DNA of 64,000 bases, taken from NCBI GenBank assembly GCA_964630855.1, contig CAZVXP010000021.1, positions 29,038 to 93,037 on the forward strand. Direction: 5' to 3'. The notes below the pieces were generated by a model, which was not told where the DNA came from, did not search any database, and was given only the letters and a program-made list of their open reading frames with translations. Position numbers and translations under genes: made by a program. This document shows, one piece after another, positions 8,873 through 18,093 of this stretch; position 1 is the first letter of the stretch; each line of letters opens with the position of its first letter. The DNA is from an uncultured Thermodesulfobacteriota bacterium (GTDB lineage: Bacteria > Desulfobacterota > Thermodesulfobacteria > Thermodesulfobacteriales > Thermodesulfatatoraceae).

Positions 8873-9621
8873 GACTCGCCTCCTTCAAGGACCGGGCATT
8901 TGAGGGCCCGTAAAAACTCTCTGACAAAGGGCTTCTGAGAGAGCCGGATTTCTTCCGGAGTTCCTTCTTCCAAGATAATACCTTCGTGGAGAAAGGCGAT
9001 CTTGTCAGCAATGGCAAAGGCCACGGGGATATCATGGCTGATGACGACACAGGTAAGATGATGACTCTCTTTGGTTTCCTTTATGAGTTTGGCAATGCTC
9101 ATCTGCATGATTGGATCGAGTCCGGTAGTAGGTTCGTCAAAAAGGACTACTTCTGGCTCTAAGGCCAGAGCCCGGGCCAAGGCAGCACGTTTCTTCATTC
9201 CTCCTGAGAGCTCCGAGGGCATTTTATCTATGTCCTTCAGGAGTCCTACCTGGGCCAGTTTGGCTTCCACTCGAGCCCATATCTCTTTTTCGGAAAGGCG
9301 GGTGTGTTCACGCAGGGGAAACGCCACGTTTTCTCCCACGGTCATGGAATCGAAAAGAGCTCCTTCCTGGAAGAGCATACCGAAACGCTTTCGGATTCGA
9401 GCTAGTTCCCGTTCGCTCATGGAGGTGATATCCTGTCCATCGATGAGGATCTGGCCAGAATCGGGTTCTAAGAGACCGATAATATGCTTGAGAAGAACGC
9501 TTTTTCCCGTGCCGCTTCTTCCCATGATGAAGGTGATCTGTCCCTTGGGGATCTCCAAGTTAACCCCTCGCAGAACCTGCTGATCTCCAAAGCTTTTGTA
9601 GAGGTCAACGATTTTGATCAT
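8869..9621 (-). CDS. mlaF: ABC transporter ATP-binding protein (MlaF family)
   Basis: Walker A GRSGTGKS, signature LSGGMKKR, Walker B VVLFDEPTTGLD and an H-loop ISHD. It sits between the mlaE and mlaD genes. Confidence 0.9.
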   Translation of the reverse strand: MIKIVDLYKSFGDQQVLRGVNLEIPKGQITFIMGRSGTGKSVLLKHIIGLLEPDSGQILIDGQDITSMSERELARIRKRFGMLFQEGALFDSMTVGENVAFPLREHTRLSEKEIWARVEAKLAQVGLLKDIDKMPSELSGGMKKRAALARALALEPEVVLFDEPTTGLDPIMQMSIAKLIKETKESHHLTCVVISHDIPVAFAIADKIAFLHEGIILEEGTPEEIRLSQKPFVREFLRALKCPVLEGGES

Positions 9622-9630
9622 TGCTTTGTC

Positions 9631-10404
9631 CTATCGAAAGAGGAGCGAAGTCAAAATGTAGTCCCCAGCCAAAATACTAATAGAAGAGATTACTACTGCT
9701 TCGGTGGTGGCACGTCCTACTCCCTCAGCTCCGCCCCGAGCATGGTAACCCTTGTAACAACCAATAAGCGTTAAGAGTCCTCCAAAGACAAAGGCTTTAT
9801 AAAGACCGTTTAAAATGTCAGAAAGTTCTACTAATTCCCGCATTTTGGCCACAAAGATTCCCTGATCGATATGAAGAAGGATTACACCTACGAAATAACC
9901 ACCGGCTATTCCAATGACATCAGCCAGTACGGTGAGAAGGGGCACCATGAGCACCCCCGCCCAAAAACGAGGAACTACCAAATAATGAATAGGGTTGACC
10001 GCCATCACGGTTAAGGCGTCAATTTGTTCGGTGACACGCATAGTGCCAAGCTCTGCTGCAATGGCTGAGCCTGCGCGGGCCGTGACCATCAGCCCGGTGA
10101 GTACCGGACCAAGTTCCCGCACCAGAGAAAGAGCTACCGTGGCTCCGAGAAGAGATTCTCCTCCAAACTTGCGGAAACCGTAATAACCTTGCAAGGCCAA
10201 AACCATGCCTGAAAAAAGGCCTGTCAAAAGGACCACCAAAGTAGATTTGACACCAATAAATTCCATTTGTTTGAAAAAGAGCCGGAAGCGAAAAGGAGGA
10301 CGAAAGGTAAAAAAAAGAGTTTTTAAAAGCATGAGGGCCATGCCCCCCATTTCACCAACCAAAAGGATGCTCCCGCGCCCCAATGCCGCAATAGGATTAA
10401 TCAC
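9631..10404 (-). CDS. mlaE: ABC transporter permease (MlaE family)
   Basis: 257-aa polytopic protein with the MlaE-type conserved block LGPVLTGLMVTARAGSAIAAELGTMRVTEQIDAL. GTG start with AAGGAGG upstream. Confidence 0.9.
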   Translation of the reverse strand: MINPIAALGRGSILLVGEMGGMALMLLKTLFFTFRPPFRFRLFFKQMEFIGVKSTLVVLLTGLFSGMVLALQGYYGFRKFGGESLLGATVALSLVRELGPVLTGLMVTARAGSAIAAELGTMRVTEQIDALTVMAVNPIHYLVVPRFWAGVLMVPLLTVLADVIGIAGGYFVGVILLHIDQGIFVAKMRELVELSDILNGLYKAFVFGGLLTLIGCYKGYHARGGAEGVGRATTEAVVISSISILAGDYILTSLLFR

Positions 10405-10506
10405 CGAAATCCTCCTTAATTAGGGCCCTGTTGCTACCATTAACATCCGTCTTTTTTTGTTCAATGGTCAAGGGACGTTTAAAATCATTTTGCGCCCAAA
10501 TAAGCC

Positions 10507-11874
10507 TTAAAAAAGACTCTGGTCCATTCTTGGAGTTTCATCGAGAAGAGACGAAATTTTATGTGATTTTAATAGAGTTCCATATAGAGTTTCATTGACC
10601 AATCGTTCCACCCTGACCGGGCGAATGCTACCTTCCAACCCTGGCGGCCCTGTAAAATGTACTGTCACATAGTTTTCCGTAAGTCCTTGATAAAGTCCCC
10701 TTTCTGGGTCGTATCGTCGTTCTACCAGGACGTGTAAAGTCCGACCGATCTGTTCGGAATAGAAGGCCTTCTTTTTGGCGCGTCCCAGTTCTTGGAGAGC
10801 CTTTGCCCGGCGAGCTATCTGGTGTGGAGGTAGCTGGGCCCACTGGGCAGCTTTGGTCCCAGGACGGGGAGAGAAAGGAAAGACATGAAGGTAAGAGACA
10901 GGGAGTCTTCTCAGGAGCTCGTACGTTCTTTTGAAAGCTTCTTCGCTTTCACCAGGGAAACCCACGATGACGTCAGCTCCGATAGCCGCTTCCGGGAAAC
11001 GTCTCTTTATTTTTGAGACCACTTCTTCAAAGAGCGCAGCCTGATAAGGACGCCCCATCTGTTTCAAGACGTTATCATCTCCACTTTGGAGGGAAAGATG
11101 AAAATGAGGGCATAGGAGCCCGCTCTTTTCCGCCCAGTCCAGCAACCCAGGACTTATCTCCGAAGGGTGGAGTGAACTAAGGCGCAAGCGGGGTGGTTTT
11201 ATGGCTTCTAGGGCCTGAAGAAGCTCGAGCAGCTCTCGCGGAGGTGAGAGATCCTTTCCCCACAGGCCCAGGTGGACCCCTGTGAGGACGATTTCAGCAA
11301 AGCCGGCTTCTTTGAGCAGGCAAGCTTGTTCCAGCACCTCTTCAAGGGAGAGACTCCTTGCCGGTCCTCGAGCCAGAGGCACGATGCAATACGAACAGAA
11401 AGCGTCACAGCCGTCCTGGACCCTGAGAAAGGCGCGATGGTGTCCCGGAAAACGCCTGTAGCGAAATGGTTCACACCGACGCAGGCGTTGAACGTCTCCT
11501 ACTAGGAGAAGGGATTCTTCCAAGGGTAGAGAAATCTGGTTCATAATTTCTGGAATGCGAGCTTTGCGATCTTGTCCCACGAGGAGGACCGGGCCATCTA
11601 TACGTTCCAGGATCTCTTGGGCTCCAACCTGGACGTAGCATCCAGTGGCTATCACCAGGAGGGGTTTTCTCTTCAGGGCCCGTCGAATGAGCTGACGACT
11701 TTCATAGGCGGCACGAGCAGTAACGGCGCAGGTATTGATCAGGTAAATCTCAGCCGGCTCTTTAAATGAAACCAAACGGCTTCCCTTTTCCTCCAGCTTT
11801 TCAAGGAGGGAGGCCGTTTCTACCTGGTTTATCTTACAGCCGAGGGTAGCGGCTGCTAACCGAAGTCCTTTCAT
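10507..11874 (-). CDS. mtaB: radical SAM tRNA methylthiotransferase (MtaB/MiaB family)
   Basis: N-terminal UPF0004 domain (TLGCKINQVE...NTCAVT), radical SAM CDAFCSYCIVP and a C-terminal TRAM-like region. Its ATG overlaps the ychF stop (ATGA). Confidence 0.85.
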   Translation of the reverse strand: MKGLRLAAATLGCKINQVETASLLEKLEEKGSRLVSFKEPAEIYLINTCAVTARAAYESRQLIRRALKRKPLLVIATGCYVQVGAQEILERIDGPVLLVGQDRKARIPEIMNQISLPLEESLLLVGDVQRLRRCEPFRYRRFPGHHRAFLRVQDGCDAFCSYCIVPLARGPARSLSLEEVLEQACLLKEAGFAEIVLTGVHLGLWGKDLSPPRELLELLQALEAIKPPRLRLSSLHPSEISPGLLDWAEKSGLLCPHFHLSLQSGDDNVLKQMGRPYQAALFEEVVSKIKRRFPEAAIGADVIVGFPGESEEAFKRTYELLRRLPVSYLHVFPFSPRPGTKAAQWAQLPPHQIARRAKALQELGRAKKKAFYSEQIGRTLHVLVERRYDPERGLYQGLTENYVTVHFTGPPGLEGSIRPVRVERLVNETLYGTLLKSHKISSLLDETPRMDQSLF

Positions 11875-12905
11875 ATGCTGAACCGGAAGAGGATTACATC
11901 TCCGTCTTTAACTTCGTAATCTTTGCCTTCTAAACGGATCTTACCGGCTTTTTGAGCTGCTTGGTAGGAACCCAAGGCCACTAATTCTTCGTATCCGATG
12001 ACCTCAGCCCGAATGAAACCCCTCTCCATGTCGGAGTGAATGGTCCCCGCGGCTTTGACGGCCTTCGTGCCTCTTGGAACGGGCCAGGCACGGGTTTCTT
12101 TTTCACCGCCGGTAAAGAAACAAATGAGATCCAGAATCTCAAAACTTTTACGAATGAGCAGGGGAAGGGCCGGCTCAGAAAGACCGTATTCTTCTCGAAA
12201 GAGATCGGCTTCTTCCGGTGTCATCTCTATCAAATCGGCCTCCAGTCGCCCTTTAATGGCTACGGCCTCTGCACCTGGAGGAAGCTCCAGAGTTGGTATT
12301 TCGTCTTCTTCTCCAGTATTTATCACGACTAAAAGGGGTTTGATGGACAAAAAGGTATATCCCCGTAAAAGGGGATTGGTACGGAGGCCCTGGTCCACTC
12401 GAAGAGGCTGGCCAGCTTCGAGTAATTCGCGGGCTCGGTACAAGGTTTCAAGCTCTCCTTCTTTGGGGAGCTTGCCCTTTTTGACCTCTTTTTCCAGTCG
12501 CTCAAGGCGGCGTTCTACCATGGCCAGATCCGAGAGAATCATCTCTTCGTGGAGGGTATCTAATTCTTTTTGCGGTTCAGCAGGGAGTCCGGCCAGTTCG
12601 AAGTTCCTTACCACCAAGAGGAGGGCGGCGGCGGTTTTGAGCTCGTTGAGAAGACGCTCCAGATCGCTCTGGCGCCCTTCTCTTTCGCGTAGATCAAAAG
12701 CCAGATCCAGATATTCTACCTGGGCCGGAGTAATCTTGGGGGAAGCGAAGATTTTTTGGAGCACCGCAAGCCTTTCATCCGGCACTTTGACCACGGCTCG
12801 TCGCAGGGAGCCGGTCTTTTCCTCCGCCGAAGCAAAACTCCCTGCTGCTGCTCGAAAGATGGTGGTCTTGCCCGATTGCGGTAGCCCCAATATGCCCAGC
12901 CGCAT
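11871..12905 (-). CDS. ychF: YchF/OLA1-family P-loop NTPase
   Basis: G1 motif GLPQSGKTT. The C-terminal YchF-type domain is FFTGGEKETRAWPVPRGTKAVKAAGTIHSDMERGFIRAEV...KDYEVKDGDVILFRF. Confidence 0.8.
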   Translation of the reverse strand: MRLGILGLPQSGKTTIFRAAAGSFASAEEKTGSLRRAVVKVPDERLAVLQKIFASPKITPAQVEYLDLAFDLREREGRQSDLERLLNELKTAAALLLVVRNFELAGLPAEPQKELDTLHEEMILSDLAMVERRLERLEKEVKKGKLPKEGELETLYRARELLEAGQPLRVDQGLRTNPLLRGYTFLSIKPLLVVINTGEEDEIPTLELPPGAEAVAIKGRLEADLIEMTPEEADLFREEYGLSEPALPLLIRKSFEILDLICFFTGGEKETRAWPVPRGTKAVKAAGTIHSDMERGFIRAEVIGYEELVALGSYQAAQKAGKIRLEGKDYEVKDGDVILFRFSI

Positions 12906-12915
12906 GATGGTGATT

Positions 12916-13863
12916 TTAATCCGCTGGGGAGATGAGGGCTACCGTCGGTCTGGTGGCCAGGTGCAAGACCCGGGACGAAACGCTGCCCAAGATGATCTCA
13001 CGTAGTCCGGATTTTCCCGTCCGGCCCATCATGATGATATTGTATGAACCTTCTTCTGCTACGCGGACAATTTCTTCGGCTGGATCCCCAAAGACCAAGA
13101 TGGTCTGAAGTTTTTTTTCTGATATTCCAAGGGAAAGAAGGAGTTCTTTGGCCTCTTTCAAGATCTTTTGACCCTCTCCGTCCGTCTGCTCGTAAGCTGC
13201 TTCGACTACATAGAGAGTGGAGATTTCGATAACTTCGTCCGGAAAGGCCAGGGCTAAAGCGGCGGCTTCTTTCAGCGCGTTCGTTGCAAAACGGGACCCG
13301 TCTACCGGTACCAGAATGCGGGGGACTGGGCAGGCATGGATGTCAATTTCTTCCAGCCCAACAATGTAATCCGTGTGTCGTCCCGGACGGTGGGAGACCG
13401 CATAGCTGCAACTTCCAAGGACTCTTTCTGCTAGAGCCGATCGCCGTCGCCGTCCCATGACGATGGTATGGATCTTTCCTTTGAGGGCGAAATTGATGAT
13501 TTCCTTGGTGGGGTCCCCTTCGATGACCTGACGAGTAATCTTGCACTTTACACCAGCTTCTCTGAGGAGCCCTTCCACCTCCTCCATGAAAGGCTGGATC
13601 TCTTTTTCCACGTACTCGCGAGCCAGTTTTTTGAAAAGCGGGGTTTCCTTTAGGGCCGCGATGCGAAGATCAATGTTGGCAGCCATCTTTTCTAGGAAAC
13701 TGACTCCTAAGACGTGGAGGAGAACAATTTCTTGTACTACGCCATTGGTCAGAGGAGCCAGAAGGCAGGCGGCAAAACGCACCGCTCGGTCTGAGGCGTC
13801 ACTCTGGTCCACCGGGATGAGAACGCGATCCATATTGGGAAGCAGTTTTTTGATCTCCGTCAT
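12916..13863 (-). CDS. tandem universal stress protein (two UspA domains)
   Basis: Two Usp modules, each ending in the ATP-binding-type motif (IVMGRRRRSALAERVLGS and IMMGRTGKSGLREIILGSVSSRVL). Confidence 0.85.
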   Translation of the reverse strand: MTEIKKLLPNMDRVLIPVDQSDASDRAVRFAACLLAPLTNGVVQEIVLLHVLGVSFLEKMAANIDLRIAALKETPLFKKLAREYVEKEIQPFMEEVEGLLREAGVKCKITRQVIEGDPTKEIINFALKGKIHTIVMGRRRRSALAERVLGSCSYAVSHRPGRHTDYIVGLEEIDIHACPVPRILVPVDGSRFATNALKEAAALALAFPDEVIEISTLYVVEAAYEQTDGEGQKILKEAKELLLSLGISEKKLQTILVFGDPAEEIVRVAEEGSYNIIMMGRTGKSGLREIILGSVSSRVLHLATRPTVALISPAD

Positions 13864-13876
13864 AGAGGCCTCCTTA

Positions 13877-15622
13877 TTAATAGAAAATTAGAAGCCAAGC
13901 GTTGGCCAGGCCAACACTAATGATCATGTAGAGAAACGCCACCTTCATAAATCCGAAGAAGGTGACGCGATGGCCAGCGCTTTCGGCGATACCCAGAGTG
14001 ACCACGTTGGCACTCGCTCCAATCATGGTTCCGTTACCGCCGAAACAAGCACCAAGGGCCAGAGCCCACCAGAGAACGCCGGATTCCGCTCCTGGAATGA
14101 CCTTGGTGAGATAAGCCGTGATGGGGAGCATGGTGGCGGTAAAGGGGATATTGTCCACAAAGGCACTCATGATGGCGGAGACCCACAAAATAAGACAGAT
14201 AGCCGCTACCAGGCTGCCATGAGAAAGATGAAAGACCCAATCCGCGATCATGTCCAGCAGGCCCACATCTTCCACGGCACCCACTAAAATGAAAAGGAAG
14301 ATAAAGAAGAGCAAAGTGGGCCATTCGATGTCTTTCTCTATGAGATGTAAGAGATCGATCTTTTTGGTTACTAGGGCGTATGTGAAAAGCACGCTCGCCC
14401 CGAAAAGGGCGGCAATGGATACTTCCATGTGAAGCACTCCGTGAAGGAGGAACATCACAATTACTACGGCCATCACCGCCAGACCAAAGCCCAGGAGAGT
14501 GGAGTCGGTGATGCGGTATTCCTGGCGGAGTTGTTCGATGAAGGCTTGGATATCTTCGATTTTGGCCCGGCTGTATTCACGCTTATAGACAAAACTAGTA
14601 TAAAGAAAAAGGACTATCATGGAAACGACGCATACCGGTGCCAGGTTTTTAACGAAGTCCATAAAAGTTAGTCCGGCGTAAGAACCAATCATAATGTTGG
14701 GAGGGTCCCCGATGAGGGTGGCGGTACCACCGATATTGGAGGCCAAGATTTCGGGAATGAGAAGCGACATGGGAGAGATGCCCAAAGAAAGGGCGATCTC
14801 AATGGTGACCGGGGTGAGGAGGAGCATGGTGGTCACGTTGTCGAGAAAGGCCGAAGAAACCGCGGTGAAGATCATCAAGATGAGAGAGAGCACGATCACG
14901 TTTCCCCGGGCCAACTGATAGCATTTGTAGGCACACCACTGGAACACCCCGGTGTTTTTCAAGATACCTACAATGATCATCATACCCATGAGGAGGAAGA
15001 CCACGTTCATATCAATGGAATGGATGGCACTTTCGTAGGAGAGGATATGATATTCAGGGTTGAAGGTTCCAATAGTATAGCTGATGAGCAACATAACTGA
15101 AGCTCCGAGCATGGCAGCCAGAGTTCGATGGAGGAGTTCGAATGAGATGAGGATGTAAGCCAGGATGAAGACCACCGTAGCGATCCAGAAAGCGGGTCCT
15201 TTGGTACGAGGGATAATTATTTCCACTTTGGCGTAGTATTCTCCGTTTTTGATGGCAAAGTCTTGTGGTTTGAGGGTCAAAACCGTTTTCTTATAACTGG
15301 GTTTGAAGATAACCAGTTTGATCTCTCCCTTTTCGATGGTTTCCTTCGGGAGATCAAGCTCCACCTGAAAGCTTCCGTCAAACTCGGTGGTGAGTCCTTC
15401 TCCGACAGGTCCATGTCCTTTCGCTGGAGGATGAAATTCTTGACCGTTGACGTAGATGGAAATTTCTGCATCTGGTACCCCTTTTTTGTGGGGATTGAGG
15501 ATGCGGCCAAAAAGATTAAGGCGGGCTAGTTCCTCTTGAGAGGAGCTCTTTTCCATGGCCCAGGCCCCTTGCGTCAGGAGCCAGATCATGACCAAGACGA
15601 TCCCCCACCACCGGTACCTCAT
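13877..15622 (-). CDS. ArsB/NhaD (citrate-transporter-like) superfamily permease with N-terminal extracytoplasmic beta-sandwich-like domain
   Basis: Signal or anchor sequence, about 120 aa of beta-rich domain, then about 11 TM helices with the GGTATLIGDPPNIMI and GGNGTMIGASANV hairpin motifs typical of this superfamily. Confidence 0.8.
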   Translation of the reverse strand: MRYRWWGIVLVMIWLLTQGAWAMEKSSSQEELARLNLFGRILNPHKKGVPDAEISIYVNGQEFHPPAKGHGPVGEGLTTEFDGSFQVELDLPKETIEKGEIKLVIFKPSYKKTVLTLKPQDFAIKNGEYYAKVEIIIPRTKGPAFWIATVVFILAYILISFELLHRTLAAMLGASVMLLISYTIGTFNPEYHILSYESAIHSIDMNVVFLLMGMMIIVGILKNTGVFQWCAYKCYQLARGNVIVLSLILMIFTAVSSAFLDNVTTMLLLTPVTIEIALSLGISPMSLLIPEILASNIGGTATLIGDPPNIMIGSYAGLTFMDFVKNLAPVCVVSMIVLFLYTSFVYKREYSRAKIEDIQAFIEQLRQEYRITDSTLLGFGLAVMAVVIVMFLLHGVLHMEVSIAALFGASVLFTYALVTKKIDLLHLIEKDIEWPTLLFFIFLFILVGAVEDVGLLDMIADWVFHLSHGSLVAAICLILWVSAIMSAFVDNIPFTATMLPITAYLTKVIPGAESGVLWWALALGACFGGNGTMIGASANVVTLGIAESAGHRVTFFGFMKVAFLYMIISVGLANAWLLIFY

Positions 15623-15672
15623 CCTTATACCTCCTTGAGAAAGGGTTCTTTTAACTTATCGACCGCTGGGCC

Positions 15673-15705
15673 AAATAAAAAAGCCCGGCCCACGCAGGCC
15701 GGGCT
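15673..15705 (-). terminator. rho-independent terminator after the DUF1634 gene
   Basis: On the minus strand, AGCCCGGCC-TGCGTG-GGCCGGGCT is followed by TTTTTTATTT, 18 nt after the stop at 15723. Confidence 0.65.
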
Positions 15706-15722
15706 TCTGAGTTGGCGGGATT

Positions 15723-16157
15723 TTAATGACCACCCACGCCGGGCAGGATGATGGGTTTGAGGATAGCGAAGAGGTATTCCACCACCAGGATCAGGAAGAG
15801 TAAGGTAAGCACGCGGTGCGTGGCCCCTACCTTGGGCCAGGCCGCCAAAATTGCAGCGAGAGGAGCAAGAGCCAAAATGCAGATACCGATCATGGAAAGA
15901 CAGTCCATACAGGTAAGGTTTTTAAGGAACCAGCTATAGCCAGAGATATGGATCCCCACCACGTTGTGCCAAAAGTGGCCTACTGGATGATGCCACTGGG
16001 CGATGGCGTGTTTCATCTCTACGTAAGCCGGAAGCCCGAAAAGATAAAGGAGACCAAAGATAATCATTACGGCAATACCAATATAGGTCACTATCTCCAT
16101 AGCTCGGGCAAACACCAAATTGGCCGGATCAACGTAGACCTGGTTTTTGTCTGCCAT
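15723..16157 (-). CDS. DUF1634-like membrane protein (usual partner of TauE/SafE permeases)
   Basis: 144 aa with 4 TM helices, immediately downstream of a TauE/SafE-type gene. GGAGGG lies upstream of the ATG. Family call is by architecture and context. Confidence 0.65.
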   Translation of the reverse strand: MADKNQVYVDPANLVFARAMEIVTYIGIAVMIIFGLLYLFGLPAYVEMKHAIAQWHHPVGHFWHNVVGIHISGYSWFLKNLTCMDCLSMIGICILALAPLAAILAAWPKVGATHRVLTLLFLILVVEYLFAILKPIILPGVGGH

Positions 16158-16194
16158 TTGTTGAACCCTCCTTAATAAGGTTTCGATTCAAATT

Positions 16195-17211
16195 TTAAAT
16201 GATATGAAGTCCCTTCAAACCTTTGATGATGTTAAGGGCGGCTGCCAGAAGCATGATACCCATCACTAAAATCTTAACAAAAGCCGGTTTGGCTTTCACG
16301 GCCAGTTTGGCTCCGATGCGGGCTCCGATAGAGATTCCCAGAACCGAAGGGACTACGATAAGGGGCAACACCGCACCCTTGGCCAGATAAATCCAGGCCG
16401 CTGCGGCGTCATTGATGGCGATGATGGTCATGCTCGTGGCTACTGCTACTTTGATGGGAGCTCCCATGATGAGGTTAAGCACCGGAACGTTGGCCCAGCC
16501 AGCACCCAGACCAAACATTCCCGCGATGAACCCCACTGCGGCAAAGCAAATGAGTCCTATAGGAAGCCGGGTCAACTTATATTCAACAACTTTGTTAAGA
16601 GTCGGCTCAAACCAGCTCCCTGAAAGGGCCAAGGCTTTGGAGAGGCCGTCCTGTTCCTTGACCTCTGGGAATTCGACCCTTTTGGAGGTTAGCATCACGA
16701 AGAAGATGAGAAGGAGCACCAGACCAAGGGCGATGGTGATGTAGTGTTTACCAGCAGGAAAGGCGTTGGTGATCCAGAGACCAACGATTCCGCCCAAGAT
16801 CGAGGTCACCATCGAGACGCAGACGAGGGGTGTCATGATCCGGATGTTGGCCAATCCTTTGCGGATGAACTGGGGTGAGGCCGAAAGGGCACTGGTTAGG
16901 GCCATGATGAGACCGGCACCACGAATGAAGTCCACGCTAAAGGGAAAGAAAGCCGTGGAAAGGGGTACAAAGAGGACCCCACCGCCCACTCCAGAAAGAG
17001 GAGCTATGATTCCGATGACAAAGGTGAAACCAAAGAGAATGATGGGCCAGAGCCACCACGCGATGCTTGAAGGGCGGGCTTCAACCTCTTGAACGGCTTC
17101 TTTGGCCGCTTCCGTGACCGAATGAGGTTCCTGTGCCCATAAGTAAGTTCCCAAGAGGAACAGAAAGACCAAAAGACTCATGAACAAAAGCCATCTTCGT
17201 TGAGATAACAT
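16195..17211 (-). CDS. TauE/SafE family sulfite/anion exporter
   Basis: Polytopic protein with duplicated GxGGG motifs (PLSGVGGGVLFVP, MFGLGAGWANVP). I chose the start at ATG 17211 (MLSQRR) because of a strong AAGGAGG 9 nt upstream. The 17259 start is an extension. Confidence 0.85.
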   Translation of the reverse strand: MLSQRRWLLFMSLLVFLFLLGTYLWAQEPHSVTEAAKEAVQEVEARPSSIAWWLWPIILFGFTFVIGIIAPLSGVGGGVLFVPLSTAFFPFSVDFIRGAGLIMALTSALSASPQFIRKGLANIRIMTPLVCVSMVTSILGGIVGLWITNAFPAGKHYITIALGLVLLLIFFVMLTSKRVEFPEVKEQDGLSKALALSGSWFEPTLNKVVEYKLTRLPIGLICFAAVGFIAGMFGLGAGWANVPVLNLIMGAPIKVAVATSMTIIAINDAAAAWIYLAKGAVLPLIVVPSVLGISIGARIGAKLAVKAKPAFVKILVMGIMLLAAALNIIKGLKGLHII

Positions 17212-17442
17212 TTCAGGAAACCTCCTTCCCCAAAGAATTTTAGAAAGCCGTAAAAACACTACAGCGGACCTTCAAGGTCCATACTGCTGGCCAGGGGAGT
17301 TTGTCAAAGCCCTTTAAGGCCCACCAGATACCGTTCTACTCTCTTAGATACCGAATTTCCGAACAAAGAGGTCTTTTGGCCTCCTAAGCCTTCCAGGCTT
17401 GAAGAAAAGGGCAATTTGATTGAAAAATTGGTTCAATCCCTT

Positions 17443-18093
17443 TTAAACCCTGGTGAAGCGGGCCAGGTATTCCTTGCGTCCAAGAAGGAATAATTCTTCG
17501 TCCTTTTCAATGATATGTTCTGCCGGAGGGAGGATCAGAATGCGGTTGGTCAGCTTGTTGCGGATGGCAACGACGTAGACATGGTGCTTGCGGCGAAGAT
17601 CGAGCTCCTTGAAACTTTTGCCAATGAATTCGGCAGGAGGATCGACCCGAGCGACGGCGAACTCTGGTAGCAAGGGCAAAAAGTCGACGATGTTTGGGGT
17701 GGTAAGGGCTCGGGCTTCACGAATGGCAGAGTCTCTTTCTGGAATAACTACCTGATCTGCTCCCACCAGAGATAAAATGCGGGCGTGGTCTTCATCAAGG
17801 GCCTTGGCAAGGATGAATTTGGCTCCTAATTCCTTCAGGTAAAGGGTAATGAGGACACTGGCCGAAAGATCACCGATGGCTACAACCACTTTTTCGGCCT
17901 CTGAAATCCCCAGGCCTCGCAATACGTCTTTGCGTGAGGCGTCTCCCACCACAGCTTCTGAAACGAATTCGCTAATCTCCTCCACCAGATTTTCGTCGCG
18001 GTCGATACAGAGGACACTTTGTTTTTCTTCGGCCAGGGTCTTGGCCAGGTAATAGCCAAACTTGCCCAGACCAATCACTACGAAACGAGCCAT
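17443..18093 (-). CDS. trkA: K+ uptake system NAD-binding subunit (TrkA/KtrA, RCK_N + RCK_C)
   Basis: MARFVVIGLGKFGYYLAKTL Rossmann motif and a C-terminal TrkA_C-like domain. The ATG overlaps the trkH TAA (TAATG). The 419-aa ORF in the track is an out-of-context extension into trkH. Confidence 0.9.
   Translation of the reverse strand: MARFVVIGLGKFGYYLAKTLAEEKQSVLCIDRDENLVEEISEFVSEAVVGDASRKDVLRGLGISEAEKVVVAIGDLSASVLITLYLKELGAKFILAKALDEDHARILSLVGADQVVIPERDSAIREARALTTPNIVDFLPLLPEFAVARVDPPAEFIGKSFKELDLRRKHHVYVVAIRNKLTNRILILPPAEHIIEKDEELFLLGRKEYLARFTRV

Noticed and set aside
12040-13005. 321-aa Ser/Arg-rich ORF antisense to ychF
   Set aside because: The extreme S/R/P bias is typical of the antisense frame of a Glu/Leu-rich gene. 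It overlaps two well-supported genes.
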